Assembly: GCA_951406725.2 (NCBI GenBank)
Contig: OX597818.1
Location: 120,218,001-120,282,000, forward strand
Length of the DNA: 64,000 nt
Direction of reading: 5' to 3'
Origin: Octopus vulgaris
Taxonomy: Eukaryota
Shown: piece by piece, positions 40,572-53,402 of the stretch
How the letters are laid out: every line of letters begins with the position of its first letter
Numbering within the stretch: position 1 is the stretch's first letter
Program-made: the position numbers and the translations under genes
The notes under the pieces: model-generated
What the model saw: only the letters and a program-made list of their open reading frames with translations
Told to the model about the DNA's origin: nothing
Database searches by the model: none

Positions 40572-41951
40572 ATACAAGATAAGAAAAGGGATAAACACAT
40601 CTAAATCAAATATTAATTACCAGATAATACTCAATCACGTACTTTATTAAACCACCACGTAAGAGACTGTAGGGTTAAACATAAAAAAGCAGAACAAATC
40701 AGTGTACATAAAGGAATGTACATAAAAAAGTGTACATAAAAGAGTAATGTTGTATAATAAGTAGAATATATATAAAAAAGAGAATATAAATATAAGTATA
40801 GATTACAGTTTACAGCTGTTTCGGCCATGCAGATAAGTATGTCTCATTTTACCAATATTAGCCTTTTATGGTAGGTCAATATATAGATATAAATGAGACA
40901 TTTACAAAAATATCATAAGGCCTCTTCGGAGATATACATATACATATACATATACATATGAGTGCATATACTCACACTCCTATACATATAAAAATATACA
41001 TATACATAATGATGTAAATAAATAATATAAATTAGTAAACATATATATGTTCCACATTCAATGTTTCAGTTTTTCAACTTAATATTGTGATAATAAACAT
41101 ACACATATTAGTACCTAGATGCAAATATACATAGTCAATAGTACATTATATTACTTCCTACTAATTTCCAAAGTGTCATTAAAGTTAGCATCATTATTGT
41201 TGTCAATACCATTAATGCTACCATTATTATCATTCATAATATTATTAATAACGTTTACATAAGGATCCAAAGTGGTACATATGTATGTCCGGGTTCCATT
41301 TTGTAATTTTCCTTATGACATAAATACACTATTGGATTTAAATTTAAATTATCATTGTCTTCCTCACGGTTGGTTCGCCGAGAGCTGCCCGACCTCCACC
41401 ACACCGCACAAGAAAAACATACACATCCACATCCAACCCTAAACCAACACGTCCACACAAAAACCCACGCACACATGCACACACACGTGAATACACCCCG
41501 ACACATCACTACACATTCACTAGATTGCAGAGTGCATGTCTGTCATCGCATGGTTTATAGACAAATCAGTACAGGCAGCAGTGTCTATACACTAACACAC
41601 ACACTCACACGCACATCCGCATATACTCATAAATATTAATACACTCTCATATACTGTACCAGGGAACATTCGCACACACATATATACATATTTAAATATA
41701 TATCTGCGCACTCATACGTACAAATAAAACCTATACTTACATCCACCCATGAATAAATATTTGCATATACATATATACATATCCAAATACGCACCTGCGT
41801 ACCCATATGTATAAGAAAAACATGCATCCGTACCTGCTTTTTTATGTTTAACCCTACAGTCTCTTATGTGGTGGTTTAATAAAGTATGTAATTGAGTATT
41901 ATCTGGTAATTGATATTTGATTTAGATGTATTTCTCCATTTTCTTATCTTG

Positions 41952-41954
<3 letters not shown>
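40572..41954. mobile_element. Element bounded by ~120-bp inverted repeats (Penelope-like architecture) containing an HHR relic
   Basis: 40572-40692 is the diverged reverse complement of 41834-41954; minus-strand CCGAAGA-GGCC...GGCC-GAAACAGCTGTA at 40929-40811. Confidence 0.65.
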
Positions 41955-42039
<85 letters not shown>

Positions 42040-42195
42040 GACAAAAAGGAGTGAAAAACTACAGAAGGCTTGTGTTATATGGTTAAAGAATATATTTAAA
42101 TCGTTAACCATTTAAAACAAGCCTTCTGTAGTTTTTTTTACTCTTTTTTGTCTTTTATACATCCAACTACGTGCTTTCACATACCAACTCTGTCA

Positions 42196-42236
<41 letters not shown>

Positions 42237-42467
42237 GGGTGGAGGCTGGGGGTGGGGGTGTTTGTGTGTCTGTATTTGTCTCCCAACATCGCTTGACAAC
42301 CGATGCTGGTGTGTTTACGTCCCCCTAACTTAGCGGTTCAGCAAAAGAGAACGATACAATAAGTACGAGGCTTACAAAGAATGTCATTGGGTCGATTTGC
42401 TCGACTAAAGGCGGTGCTCGAGCATGGCGGCAGTCAAATAACTGAAACAAGTAAAAGAGTAAAAGAG

Positions 42468-42503
<36 letters not shown>

Positions 42504-42592
42504 TAATCCAAACAAGAAAACAAAAACAAAAAACAACGCAAGGACGTGGAACAAATAAAGTATTATTGGACGCTCAGGAAAGAAGGGAAGAA

Positions 42593-42654
<62 letters not shown>

Positions 42655-43035
42655 GTAAATGTAATATGTGACAATTTTTCGGTAGCCATGATAAAATCCA
42701 CGCCGCCATCTCTTCAGTTATCCGGCCATCGGAAAAATGTTATGAAAAATGACCGTTATACAAAGCTATAGCTCTTTTGTCTTAATAACGGTCAATCACA
42801 CAGTAATTTCCCTAGTACTACCTAGTACTACCGAATAATATATATATCTATATACATATGTATATATAAACAAAGCAAAAAATTGAACAAGAACGTAGCA
42901 GGCGACAACAAAACATTCGGACAGTTAGACGATACAAAAAAAGACAGGAAAAAGCAACGACAAGTTATTCAGAACTTTCAATCTTCAGTCGAGTTCAAGA
43001 TCGTCTTTGCAGTATTATCTAGAGACTGCTCTATC

Positions 43036-43808
<773 letters not shown>

Positions 43809-43914
43809 ACACACATACACACACACACACGCACATATACATCTACGATAAAGTTTGAATTATATCCCCTCATACATTACATACATACATACATACATAC
43901 ATGCATACATACAT

Positions 43915-44489
43915 ATTCTCTTCTACACAAGGCCCGAAATTTTGAGGGATGGGGCTAGTCGGTTATATCGACCCCAGTACGCAACTGGTACTTAATTTAT
44001 CGACCCCGAAAGGATGAAAGGCAAAGTCGACCTCGGTGGAATTTGAACTCAGAACGTAAAGACAGACGAAATACCTATTTCTTTACTACCCACAAGGGGC
44101 TAAACACATAGAGGACAAACAAGGACAGACAAAGGGATTAAGTCGATTATATCGACCCCAATGCGTAACTGATACTTATTTAATCGACCCCGAAAGGATG
44201 AAAGGCAAAGTCGACCTCGGTGGAATTTGAACTCAGAACGTAAAGACAGACGAAATACCTATTTCTTTACTACCCACAAGGGGCTAAACACAGAGAGAAC
44301 AAACAAGGACACAAACGGATCAAGTCGATTATATCGACCCCAGTGCGTAACTGGTACTTATTTAATCGACCCCGAGAGGATGAAAAGCAAAGTCGACCTC
44401 GGCGGAATTTGAACTCAGGACGTAGCGGCAGACGAAATACCGCTGAGCATTTCGCCCGGCCTGCTAACGTTTCTGCCAGCTTGCCGCCT
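43915..44489 (-). mobile_element. SINE family B with ~184-bp internal tandem repetition (three central domains)
   Basis: Central domain at ~44008, 44192 and 44374; same organisation as 6035-6593. Confidence 0.9.
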
Positions 44490-44869
44490 GGTACACGGAA
44501 TTCCGCAAGGCTCTCCTCTAGTTCCGCAGCGAAAGAGCAGACATTTCAGATGAAAACCGGAACCAGGTACAACGATTAAGCAATAATAAATAACCGCCGC
44601 CGTGTATACGTTTCGAGGACTTCTTAATGAGACTAACCAACTTATCCACCTGGAAGCCTGGCCCGAACTATACCACAAACACCTCCAATTGACCGTTGTT
44701 CCAGGTACCCACGACGCTGTTCGGTGTGGATATCAATCTGCAGGTGCTTCTTCTTCTTCTTCTTCTTCTTCTTCTTCTTCTTCTTCTTCTTCTTCTTCTT
44801 CTTCTTCTTCTTCTTCTTCTTCTTCTTCTTCTTCTTCTTCTTCTTCTTCTTCTTCTTCTTCTTCTTCTT

Positions 44870-44900
<31 letters not shown>

Positions 44901-45760
44901 AAATCAGGTCTCACGCCATTAGCCACAAAGAATAATCTCCTATTCGAGCCTACTCTAAGCTACTAAAAATCCGTATGGCAACTTGAAGATCCACCCACCA
45001 CACTCGATAGACTGTCGGTTGCACGGACGCGAAACCTACGTTGTTATCTTGATTCCGTAAACGGTGGCTTTTAACGGGTGGAGAGCTGAACCATCTTGGG
45101 GTAGAGAGGATTCGTAATCTAGACTAGGGTCTGAAAGTTCACCACACCATAGTGGGTTACACCATGGTTCCTCTGCTTTGGAAGAAAGAGTGAGAGAAAG
45201 TTGTGGTGAAAGAGTACAGCGGGGTTCACCACTCCCGCCGGAGCCTCGTGGATCTTAGATGTCTTTGCTCAGTAAACACTCACAATGCCCGGTTTGGGAA
45301 TCGAAATCGCGTTCTTATGACCGCGAGTCCGCTGCCCTAACCTCTGGGCCATTGCGCCTCCACTCTGCAGGTGCTGAATTGCAAGCCTATCGACTTGACC
45401 TGTTTAATACCTGCTTTTGTGACTGACTCGTATTTCTCCAGGGTGCTGTCAACTGCTCCGGTTTTCATGGTATCTGATTCTATCATGATGAAGTCATCTG
45501 TGTATGACAAACACGATCTTCTTGTGACCTATATTTAGTGGGATGCTCTCAAACACTGATTGAGGTCCTTGACCGTCGGAATGTATGATCTGAACCAATT
45601 TCAATATGAAACCATTTACTCTGACTTCCGAGAATATACTGCTGTATATTAAAATGATCCAGGTTGTGAAAACAAACCCGAAGTCAAGTGCACTAATGCT
45701 TACTATCCAAGTGGTTGGGTCTCCAGAAGGACTTGGTCTGAATCAAGTAGTCAGTCCCCA
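44490..45760 (-). pseudogene. Decayed Tx1/L1-clade reverse transcriptase fragment, interrupted by a SINE C insertion
   Basis: Minus strand: WIILIYSSIFSEVRVNGF, YTDDFIMI (YADD), LEKYESVT, KSIGLQFSTCR, then after the insert NSVVGTWNNG..V*FGP. Confidence 0.65.
44749..45363 (-). mobile_element. SINE family C with 3' body type 3 and long (GAA)n tail
   Basis: 12-bp TSD TCTGCAGGTGCT at 44737-44748 and 45364-45375; head at 45363; (GAA)~50 at 44747-44898. Confidence 0.88.
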
Positions 45761-46024
45761 ACTGGCGCCAGGTTTACTTTACACCCATCACTCGTCTTAT
45801 TGCATGAGGTGGAGGTTGGGGAGAGATCTACGTCCGACCACACTGCTCACAAGTGCTGACCAATTTGTGAGCGCCATGTCAAAATATTGAATTCTGCATT
45901 CATCTCTATGGGTCCGGAAAATGTCGTTGAGTTCCTTATTTTTTGTGTTCTTCCTCAGTAGCACCAGCACTCCCGAATAACACAGCTCTGAATGCTCTCT
46001 ATCTGGTAACAATTGCGGTAGACG

Positions 46025-46562
46025 GAAGGTTTGTGAGGAACCCACTGACCCAATTTACTTACTTTTCTGATGGCATACAGGTGCCGATGAATGGTTGAAT
46101 GACCAAACCCAAGGTTCTTTGCTAGTTTCTCAACAGCTACAGTGGAATTTTATTCCGCCAGGATTTGTAGGACGTTCTTGTCGAGCTTTACAGATCTTCT
46201 CGGACGAGGCTCGTCTTCTGGGCTGTAGTTTCCGGCTCGAAATTTCTGGTGTCGCCGTTGACACTGGCTTACGCTTATTGTCCGATCTCCATACACTGCA
46301 TTAATATTCCTCGTACTTTCTGTTGCGTTGTTGCCTTTATTGAACTCAATATGCCGAATATGCTTCTTTGTCACTGCCATTATAGCTTTGAAATAATAAC
46401 TGTTAAATCGAACTGCACTCTTCAAAACTTGCACTAAGAATAAGGACAAGGTAAATTTACTATCTGCTTTTATAGCAAGTTGATGCAGGTAGTTTATCCT
46501 GTCCCCTTCCGACTTTTAGTTCATGCAATTGAAAAAACCGCAGTATTTATGGGATGACCCAG
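46025..46562 (-). pseudogene. Mariner transposon 5' fragment
   Basis: TIR-like TA|CTGGGTCATCCCATAAAT; EFNKGNNATESTRNINAVYG..KFRAGNYSPEDEPR..LGFGHSTIHRHL..KLGQWVPH. Confidence 0.85.
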
Positions 46563-47116
46563 TAGATACATGTTGTACGATTTACTTATAAAGCGAAGCA
46601 GAGATCGTCGTAGTAGCATTAGATGAATCAAAACAAAGAAACGACAGTCTCGGGAAGTTCCATTGGAGCTTTTCCATTTACCAAGAGAATGGTTAATAAG
46701 TTCATTGACGTAGCTTTAAAATGCGTAAGTGGAGTTGCATATTTATATGAATTCAGCAACCGCTTTTACACATCTTAATATCATACAAACAAACCAGGAA
46801 CTAAAAGCAATTTGCTCATCACTATTTAGGTTTACAGCATGTATACTCTTACGATACATTATGTATCTATAAGCTGGGTCTTGTAACAAGATGAAGGGCC
46901 CAGGAACACTTGAAGGGTGTCTGTCTTATCTTGTCACATACAATTGTCGAAGGGAGAACCAAAATCCGACTGTCTTCAATAGCAATAAATAATACTTTAT
47001 TTTTCCGGGTTTCGCAAATAAAATATATATACACATATATATTTTCCTTAAGGGCGAACAGGTAGCCAAGTCCACAAGACTGTTCACAAATGTTCACTTG
47101 TGTGAGCCAAAATTAC

Positions 47117-47190
47117 CGTCTCCGTTCCCGCTTAGAAGAGAGCTTCTCTATATGTAGGGTTTTCCCTGAGAGAAGGTTGGTAACGTCCAT
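47117..47190 (-). CDS. Candidate first coding exon of an unidentified host gene (MDVTNLLSGKTLHIEKLSSKRERR, phase 2)
   Basis: ATG ~60 nt downstream of the promoter motif cluster, 24 open codons, then donor ACG|GTAATT. No homology recognised. Confidence 0.35.
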
Positions 47191-47244
47191 TCGGTGGGGT
47201 GGCTGATTCAAAAAGACAGATTTAGCGGGAACGCTTTCAGTTTG

Positions 47245-47352
47245 CAGTTCTCTGCGCATGCGCACGAGGGAACTTTCGGCGGCCTACCGGAAGTATTCCA
47301 ACTCTGCGCATGCGCGCTGAAAACTTCCAAAAATAGCGTCACTACAGTCTCT
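47245..47352. promoter_or_regulatory. Probable housekeeping-type Pol II promoter
   Basis: Two NRF1-type palindromes TGCGCATGCGC(A) at 47253 and 47305, ETS site ACCGGAAGT at 47286, ACTACA at 47341; locally CpG-rich unique sequence. Confidence 0.65.
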
Positions 47353-47969
47353 TTGTAAAATAGATCAATTAATCTGAACTCTGATGGAGTCTAACAAATC
47401 TAGAAACCTCAGTTACTTAGATATATATGCTGTTTTACTTGAACTTGAACTATATTCCTGACATATTCATTCAAAGGCAAACCCACATTGAATGTGCTTC
47501 GAGGTAGAAAGAAAACATGTCATTCGAACCGCTAAGATCATGTGCTAAAACTGCCTCAGGTTATTTACAATTACAACACTAATAAAGAAGACAATGTAGT
47601 CGTAGATATGTTATATCTGAAAGCAAGACAAAATGGTCACGGTTTGTGGTGACCACGGTTGGAATGATTACGTGTCTTCTCGATAAGAGCCGACCTCTAG
47701 CTAAACTAGACCAAGTTTTAAATTCGTTTAATATACACACAGTTCTTTCCCTTATTTTATTTGCGAGTTACCTCCCCTAGAGTTACCTCCACTAGAGTTA
47801 TCTCCCCTAGAGTTACCTTCCCTACACAGTTTTATTTACTGAAGTAGAAATTTGATTTTATTGAAGCAGACGTGATGCTGTCTTTTATCGAAACATTTCT
47901 TAAAAGACTTACATATATCAAAGAAAGGAAAAGAAGGGAATTTTTCATACTTGAATTTTCTTACTAAAT

Positions 47970-48445
47970 ACTCTCCATCAGGCATTACTTCCCTGGGCAT
48001 GGATACATTGAAACTCCGACGTCTGGAAGCTGACTTGGCAGACACCCATAAAATTATTAACCATCTTACAAACAACAACTCTGAGCACCTTTTCAAACTC
48101 CATCTGTCTAACACCACTGAACATGTCTACAAAGTCAGAAAACAGCACAGCTCCTATGACTTTCGAAAACATGTTTTGACACTCAGAGTTGCTGAAGCAT
48201 GGAACAAACTGCCGGCATCAGTTGTTAGTTGTCGGAGCACTGCATCCTTCAAAATTTCCATGCTTCCTGGGATTCGCCAACACTACATTTTCTCCCCTCC
48301 ATACACAAGCAAGCATGTATCTGACTCATACACTGTTCACTTTCCAGACATTTCTACATTACTGCATATACTTAATACGCACTTCTGACAAGTTGTGGTG
48401 CATCTGAGCACTGTATATAATAATTACATTATTATTTTTATTATT
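47970..48445 (+). pseudogene. CR1-clade LINE 3' end
   Basis: LGMDTLKLRRLEADL..THKII..RKHVLTLRVAEAWNKLPASVV..ASFK, followed by a 3' UTR and ATT repeats. Confidence 0.88.
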
Positions 48446-48514
48446 ATGACGTTTCATGTACAGAGGGAGAGAAGGCGCGTTCAATGCGCAATATTAATTC
48501 TACAAATAACCTAC

Positions 48515-48718
48515 TCTTTTAGTTTTACTTGTTTCATTCATTTGACTGCGGCCATGCTGGAGCACCACCTTTTAGTCGAGCAAATCGACCCCAGGACTTA
48601 TTCTTTGTAAGCCCAGTACTTATTCTATCGGTCTCTTTTGCCGAACCGCTAAGTGACGGGGACGTAAACACACCAGTATCGGTTGTCAAGCAATGCTAGG
48701 GGGACAAACACAGACACA

Positions 48719-48782
<64 letters not shown>

Positions 48783-48945
48783 CATATATACGACAGGCTT
48801 CTTTCAGTTTCCGTCTACCAAATTCACTTACAAGGCATTGGTCGGCCCGGGGCTATAGCAGAAGACACTTGCCCAAGATGCCACGCAGTGGACTGAACCC
48901 AGAACCATGTGGTTGGTTAGCAAGCTACTTACCACACAGTCACTC
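48515..48945 (-). mobile_element. SINE family A, full length
   Basis: Homology to 38893-39286. Confidence 0.9.
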
Positions 48946-49802
48946 ATCAAGAACACTAAAATTTAGTAACAAAATTTAGGTATGAAAAACTCCCTTCTCT
49001 TCCTTTCTTTGATATATGTGAATCTGTTAAGAAATATTTCGATAAGAGACAGTATCACGTCTTCATTAAAATCATAGTTTTCTACTGTAGTAAATAAAAC
49101 ACTGTCTAGGGGAGGTAACTCTAGGGGAGGTAACTCGCAATGGAAATAAGGGAGAGAACTGTGTATATATTAAACGAATTTAAAATTTGGTATAGTTTAG
49201 CTAGAGGTCGGCCCTTTTCAACTCCACTCTATGCCCCCCATTGTTTCTGCTTATAATTTTAGATATTGAACAGACTGTGGAGGTCATTTCTGGCATTTTC
49301 CCAGAGTGATTAAAAAAAGGGGTGTGGGGGTATTTAAAAAATACTTCATTTTAATAGCATTCTTTTCTCTTACAAGATATATTTTTTTATTCACACATAC
49401 ACACACACACAGGGCCTTGCAAGATTGAGGTGGGGGTCAAAATTTTAATTACCGTTTTTTTTTTTTTTATTTGTGTTTTTGCTTATATCCTACCAATGGA
49501 CCACAAGTATGTTACTTCCGCATCATCATTCCCTAAAATGTGTTTATGGGGAGAAAAATATTGAAAAACATCAATACGAGGAAAGTGGTCTTCGGATGTA
49601 CTAGAAACAACAGCCAAATCTTTCTTAAATCACACACTTTTCCGTCTGAAAATATTTACAATTCTTTCTTTTTTATATATCTGTTAATTGTCTTTTTATC
49701 GAAAAGGTTCCTCCTATGGTTTTTAGGTGCAAAAAAAAAAATGGCCATAATTCGCCAGGAGTACGATGGTGAGGGGGAACGGGAGTGAAAAAATCATAGA
49801 CG

Positions 49803-49989
49803 TAGGCGCAAGAGTTGGTGTGTGGTAAGTAGCTTGCTTACCAATCAAATGGTTCTAGGTTCAGTCCCACTGCGTGGCACCTTGGGCAAGTGTCTTCTAC
49901 TATAGCGTCGGGCCGACCAAAGCCTTGTGAATGGATTTGGTGGACGGAAACTGAAAGAAGCCTGTCGTGTATATATATGTATGTGTATA

Positions 49990-50075
<86 letters not shown>

Positions 50076-50267
50076 TGCATATGTATGTTGTTTGTGTCTG
50101 CGTTTGCCTCCCTCACCATTGCTTGATAACCGATCGGCAAAAAGAGACCAATAGAATAAGTACTAGGCTTACAAAGAATAAGTCCTGGGGTCGATTTATT
50201 CGACTAAATGCGATGCTCCAGCATGGCCGCAGTCAAATGACTGAAACAAGTAAAAGAATAAAAGAAT
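49803..50267 (+). mobile_element. SINE family A
   Basis: Head AGGCGCAAGAGTTGGTGTGTGGTAAG, internal (TA)n, 3' body with a short deletion. Confidence 0.9.
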
Positions 50268-50534
50268 GAATGCATTATAATACGTTTATAAATTCGATCC
50301 AAAACAGAAAATGTGAATGGAACCAGCAGCGGAATCGAACCACGTATCTGACGTATGCAGTATTACCCATTGTTCCACAGATGCAAAACAGCTTAAACTA
50401 GTAAATAAGCATAAACACTTTATTAGATAAACTAGCAGTATTTATCATCTCTTCTAATACACTTAGTTCAAGTGTAATCCGAGAATGTCAAGGTTTAGGG
50501 CTGTTGTGTGTGTGTGAAGTTTTAGAGATAGACA

Positions 50535-50640
<106 letters not shown>

Positions 50641-52369
50641 AAGAGAGAGAAAGATATATATATATAGAGAGAGAGTTGTTATTTTGTATATGTTATTATA
50701 CGAAAACAAACATATGAAACCATCCGCAAAGTACTATAGGAAGAAATGAAAAATAAAGAACGGGAAAGCGAGGAGGGAACAGAAAACAGACAGAGGAGGA
50801 GGAGGAGTATTTGAGAGACTATGAAAAAATACATGTAATTCAAGACAGCACCTGCATATATATGTGAATGTGAGTGTGGATGTGTGTTTGAACATTATGC
50901 GTATACCAATCAGTGTATGTATGTATGTATGTATGTATGTATGTATGTATGTATGTATGTATGTATGTATGTATGTATGTATGTATGTATGTATGTACGT
51001 ATGTATGTATGTATGTATGTATGTATGTATGTATGTATGTATGTATATATGTATGTATGTATGTATGTATGCATGCATGTATGTATGCAAGTATGTATGT
51101 GTGTATATATGTATATATGTGTGTCTGTATGTGTATATATGCATATATAAGGAGAGTTTACCAAAAAAAATACAAAAGACGAAGACAGGTGGTGTGCAAA
51201 ACAAACCGGTGTATTAGTATAACGCTCAGGAATAGAAAAAGTCTTTTACTTTCCGGCCTACGCTCTTCTATAGAAAAGGACACAAAAAAAGAAACAAGGA
51301 GAGAAGTCAGAGAAGTTTTATTGTCCTAAAATCAGTATAGTCAATGACCATCTAGTATTGAGTGACACTTGGTATTTGTAAAAACATTTCTCTATGAGAG
51401 GTAAAACTCTTATGTGATACCCGCAGTTAGTTTTCCTGCTTGGGAAAAATGTTGTTAAAGTGAGATTGGCGTTGTGAAAGGCCTTTCTTCACTTTAAAAT
51501 GCTTTGGACACTGGATTCTCTTGAGTTTTAAAATTTCTATTAGCATCTCTATTATGTACTGCATACTCTAAGGTGGCAGTGCTGGCAGAATTGTTGGCAC
51601 GCCGGGCAAAATGCTTAGCAGCGTTTCATCCGACTTCTCGATCTGAGTTCAAATTACGCCGAGGTCGACTTTGTCTATTCATCTTTTCTGAGTCGATAAA
51701 ATAAATATCAGTCGACTTAACTCCACTTAACAGGCATGTTCATCTCCAATCTCGAGCTAATCGACTTCTTCGTTTTCCACATGAAACGGAAAATAAGGCT
51801 GGAGAAGAAATGCCTGTAGCAAAGTGTGTTTCGTAAAAGATGGAAGAATATAGCAAGTATGTTGCGAGTGAAAAAACCTGTTTAAACAAGAATATAAAAA
51901 AGGAGAAAGCAAAGTCTTCAGTGTGAGTATGTGGTTTGTGAGGTCAACCGTGTCCTCCGCTTCATTTTTTGTCAACCACTCATTCTCATTTAATTGTATA
52001 TATTTCAATTGTTTGTTTATTCATACATTTCGTCTCATTCGATACCCTGACCACAATGTTTGTTTTTCCTGTCCTCCTATCGTCCCCTCTTTTTCTCAAC
52101 CTTATGGTGAATAAAGAAATATTCTTACTGAAATCGTTGACCTTATGCTAAAGTTTGAAGCCATTATATATTGCATATTATGGCTAGGCGTTGCCGGAAA
52201 AAGACAGAACACTGCATGAAAGCAAGCGTCAGCGTAGGCGGCGAGCTCTCTGAACCCCTGAACACTCAAATGGGTTCAGATTCCGCCGAACTGAGGAGCT
52301 ACATCTGTGCTGCTTTTTTAAAGAGAAAAATACAGCAATGATATTGCACGAAATCGAGTTACAACCCTT

Positions 52370-52816
52370 ATGTGTGTGTGTATGTATGTATGTATGTATG
52401 TATGTATGTATGTGTGTATGTATGTATGTATGTATGTATGTATGTATGTATGCATGCATGTATGCATGTATGTATGTATGTATGTAGCTATGTATGTATG
52501 CATGTATGCATGTATGTATGTATGTATGTAGCTATGTATGTATGCATGTATGCATGTATGCATGTATGTATGTATGCATGTATGTATGTATAGATGCATG
52601 CATGTATGTATGTAGGTATGTGTGTGTGTATGTATGTATGTATGTATGTATGTATGTATGTATGTATGTATGCATGTATGTATGTATGTATGTATGTGTG
52701 TATGTATGTATGTATGTATGTATGTATGTATGTATGTGTGTGTATGTATGTATGTATGTGTGTGTATGTATGTATGTATGTATGTATGTATGTGTGTATG
52801 TGTGTGTGTATGTATG

Positions 52817-52886
<70 letters not shown>

Positions 52887-52895
52887 TGTGTGTGT
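52370..52895. repeat. (TATG)n-based compound microsatellite plus (GA)n
   Basis: Direct. Confidence 0.97.
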
Positions 52896-53173
52896 ACGCG
52901 CCCGCGTGTGCGACGTAGGTTAAGTGGGCTAAATCACTTTTGAATGCTGGCAATGATTTTAAACAATTAAAGTACGTTGATTGTGAAATATAAGCGTGTC
53001 ATTGACACTTGATCCGATCTCCAAAACAGACGCGATTTCATCCTGTTATGAGAGAACAATCAAATATGTATTACTCATAGGAAGTCGCTGCAACATGAAC
53101 TGTGGGCCCATTTGTTGTGTGTTCCGTATTTAACGTATTTTCATGAACGGACATACTCGACCACAGACACACA

Positions 53174-53221
<48 letters not shown>

Positions 53222-53402
53222 ACATACACACACACACACACACATACACCAAACGGAATTAGGATGTCTCTAATATTGTCTCACGACTTGCAAGACACAA
53301 GAGCTGAATCTCCATCAAAAACGTTTTATCAACAAATAATTTTATTAATGCCTACTGTCTACCCTCAGTTTTTACTGTTGATACGTGTCTGGTATGTACG
53401 TA

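Larger units (their letters stand above)
47689..49211. mobile_element. Foldback-type element with ~250-280-bp inverted arms, centre invaded by a LINE fragment and a SINE
   Basis: 47689-47969 is the diverged reverse complement of 48961-49211. The arms carry 4 versus 2 copies of a 16-bp GAGTTACCTCCCCTA unit. Confidence 0.85.

Noticed and set aside
52236-52305. Possible HDV-like ribozyme/pseudoknot (GGCGG..TCTGAACCC/GGGTTCAGA..CCGCC)
   Set aside because: Helix lengths do not fit the HDV topology, and GGCGGCGAGCT and GGTTCAGATTCCGCCGA match the family B SINE head.
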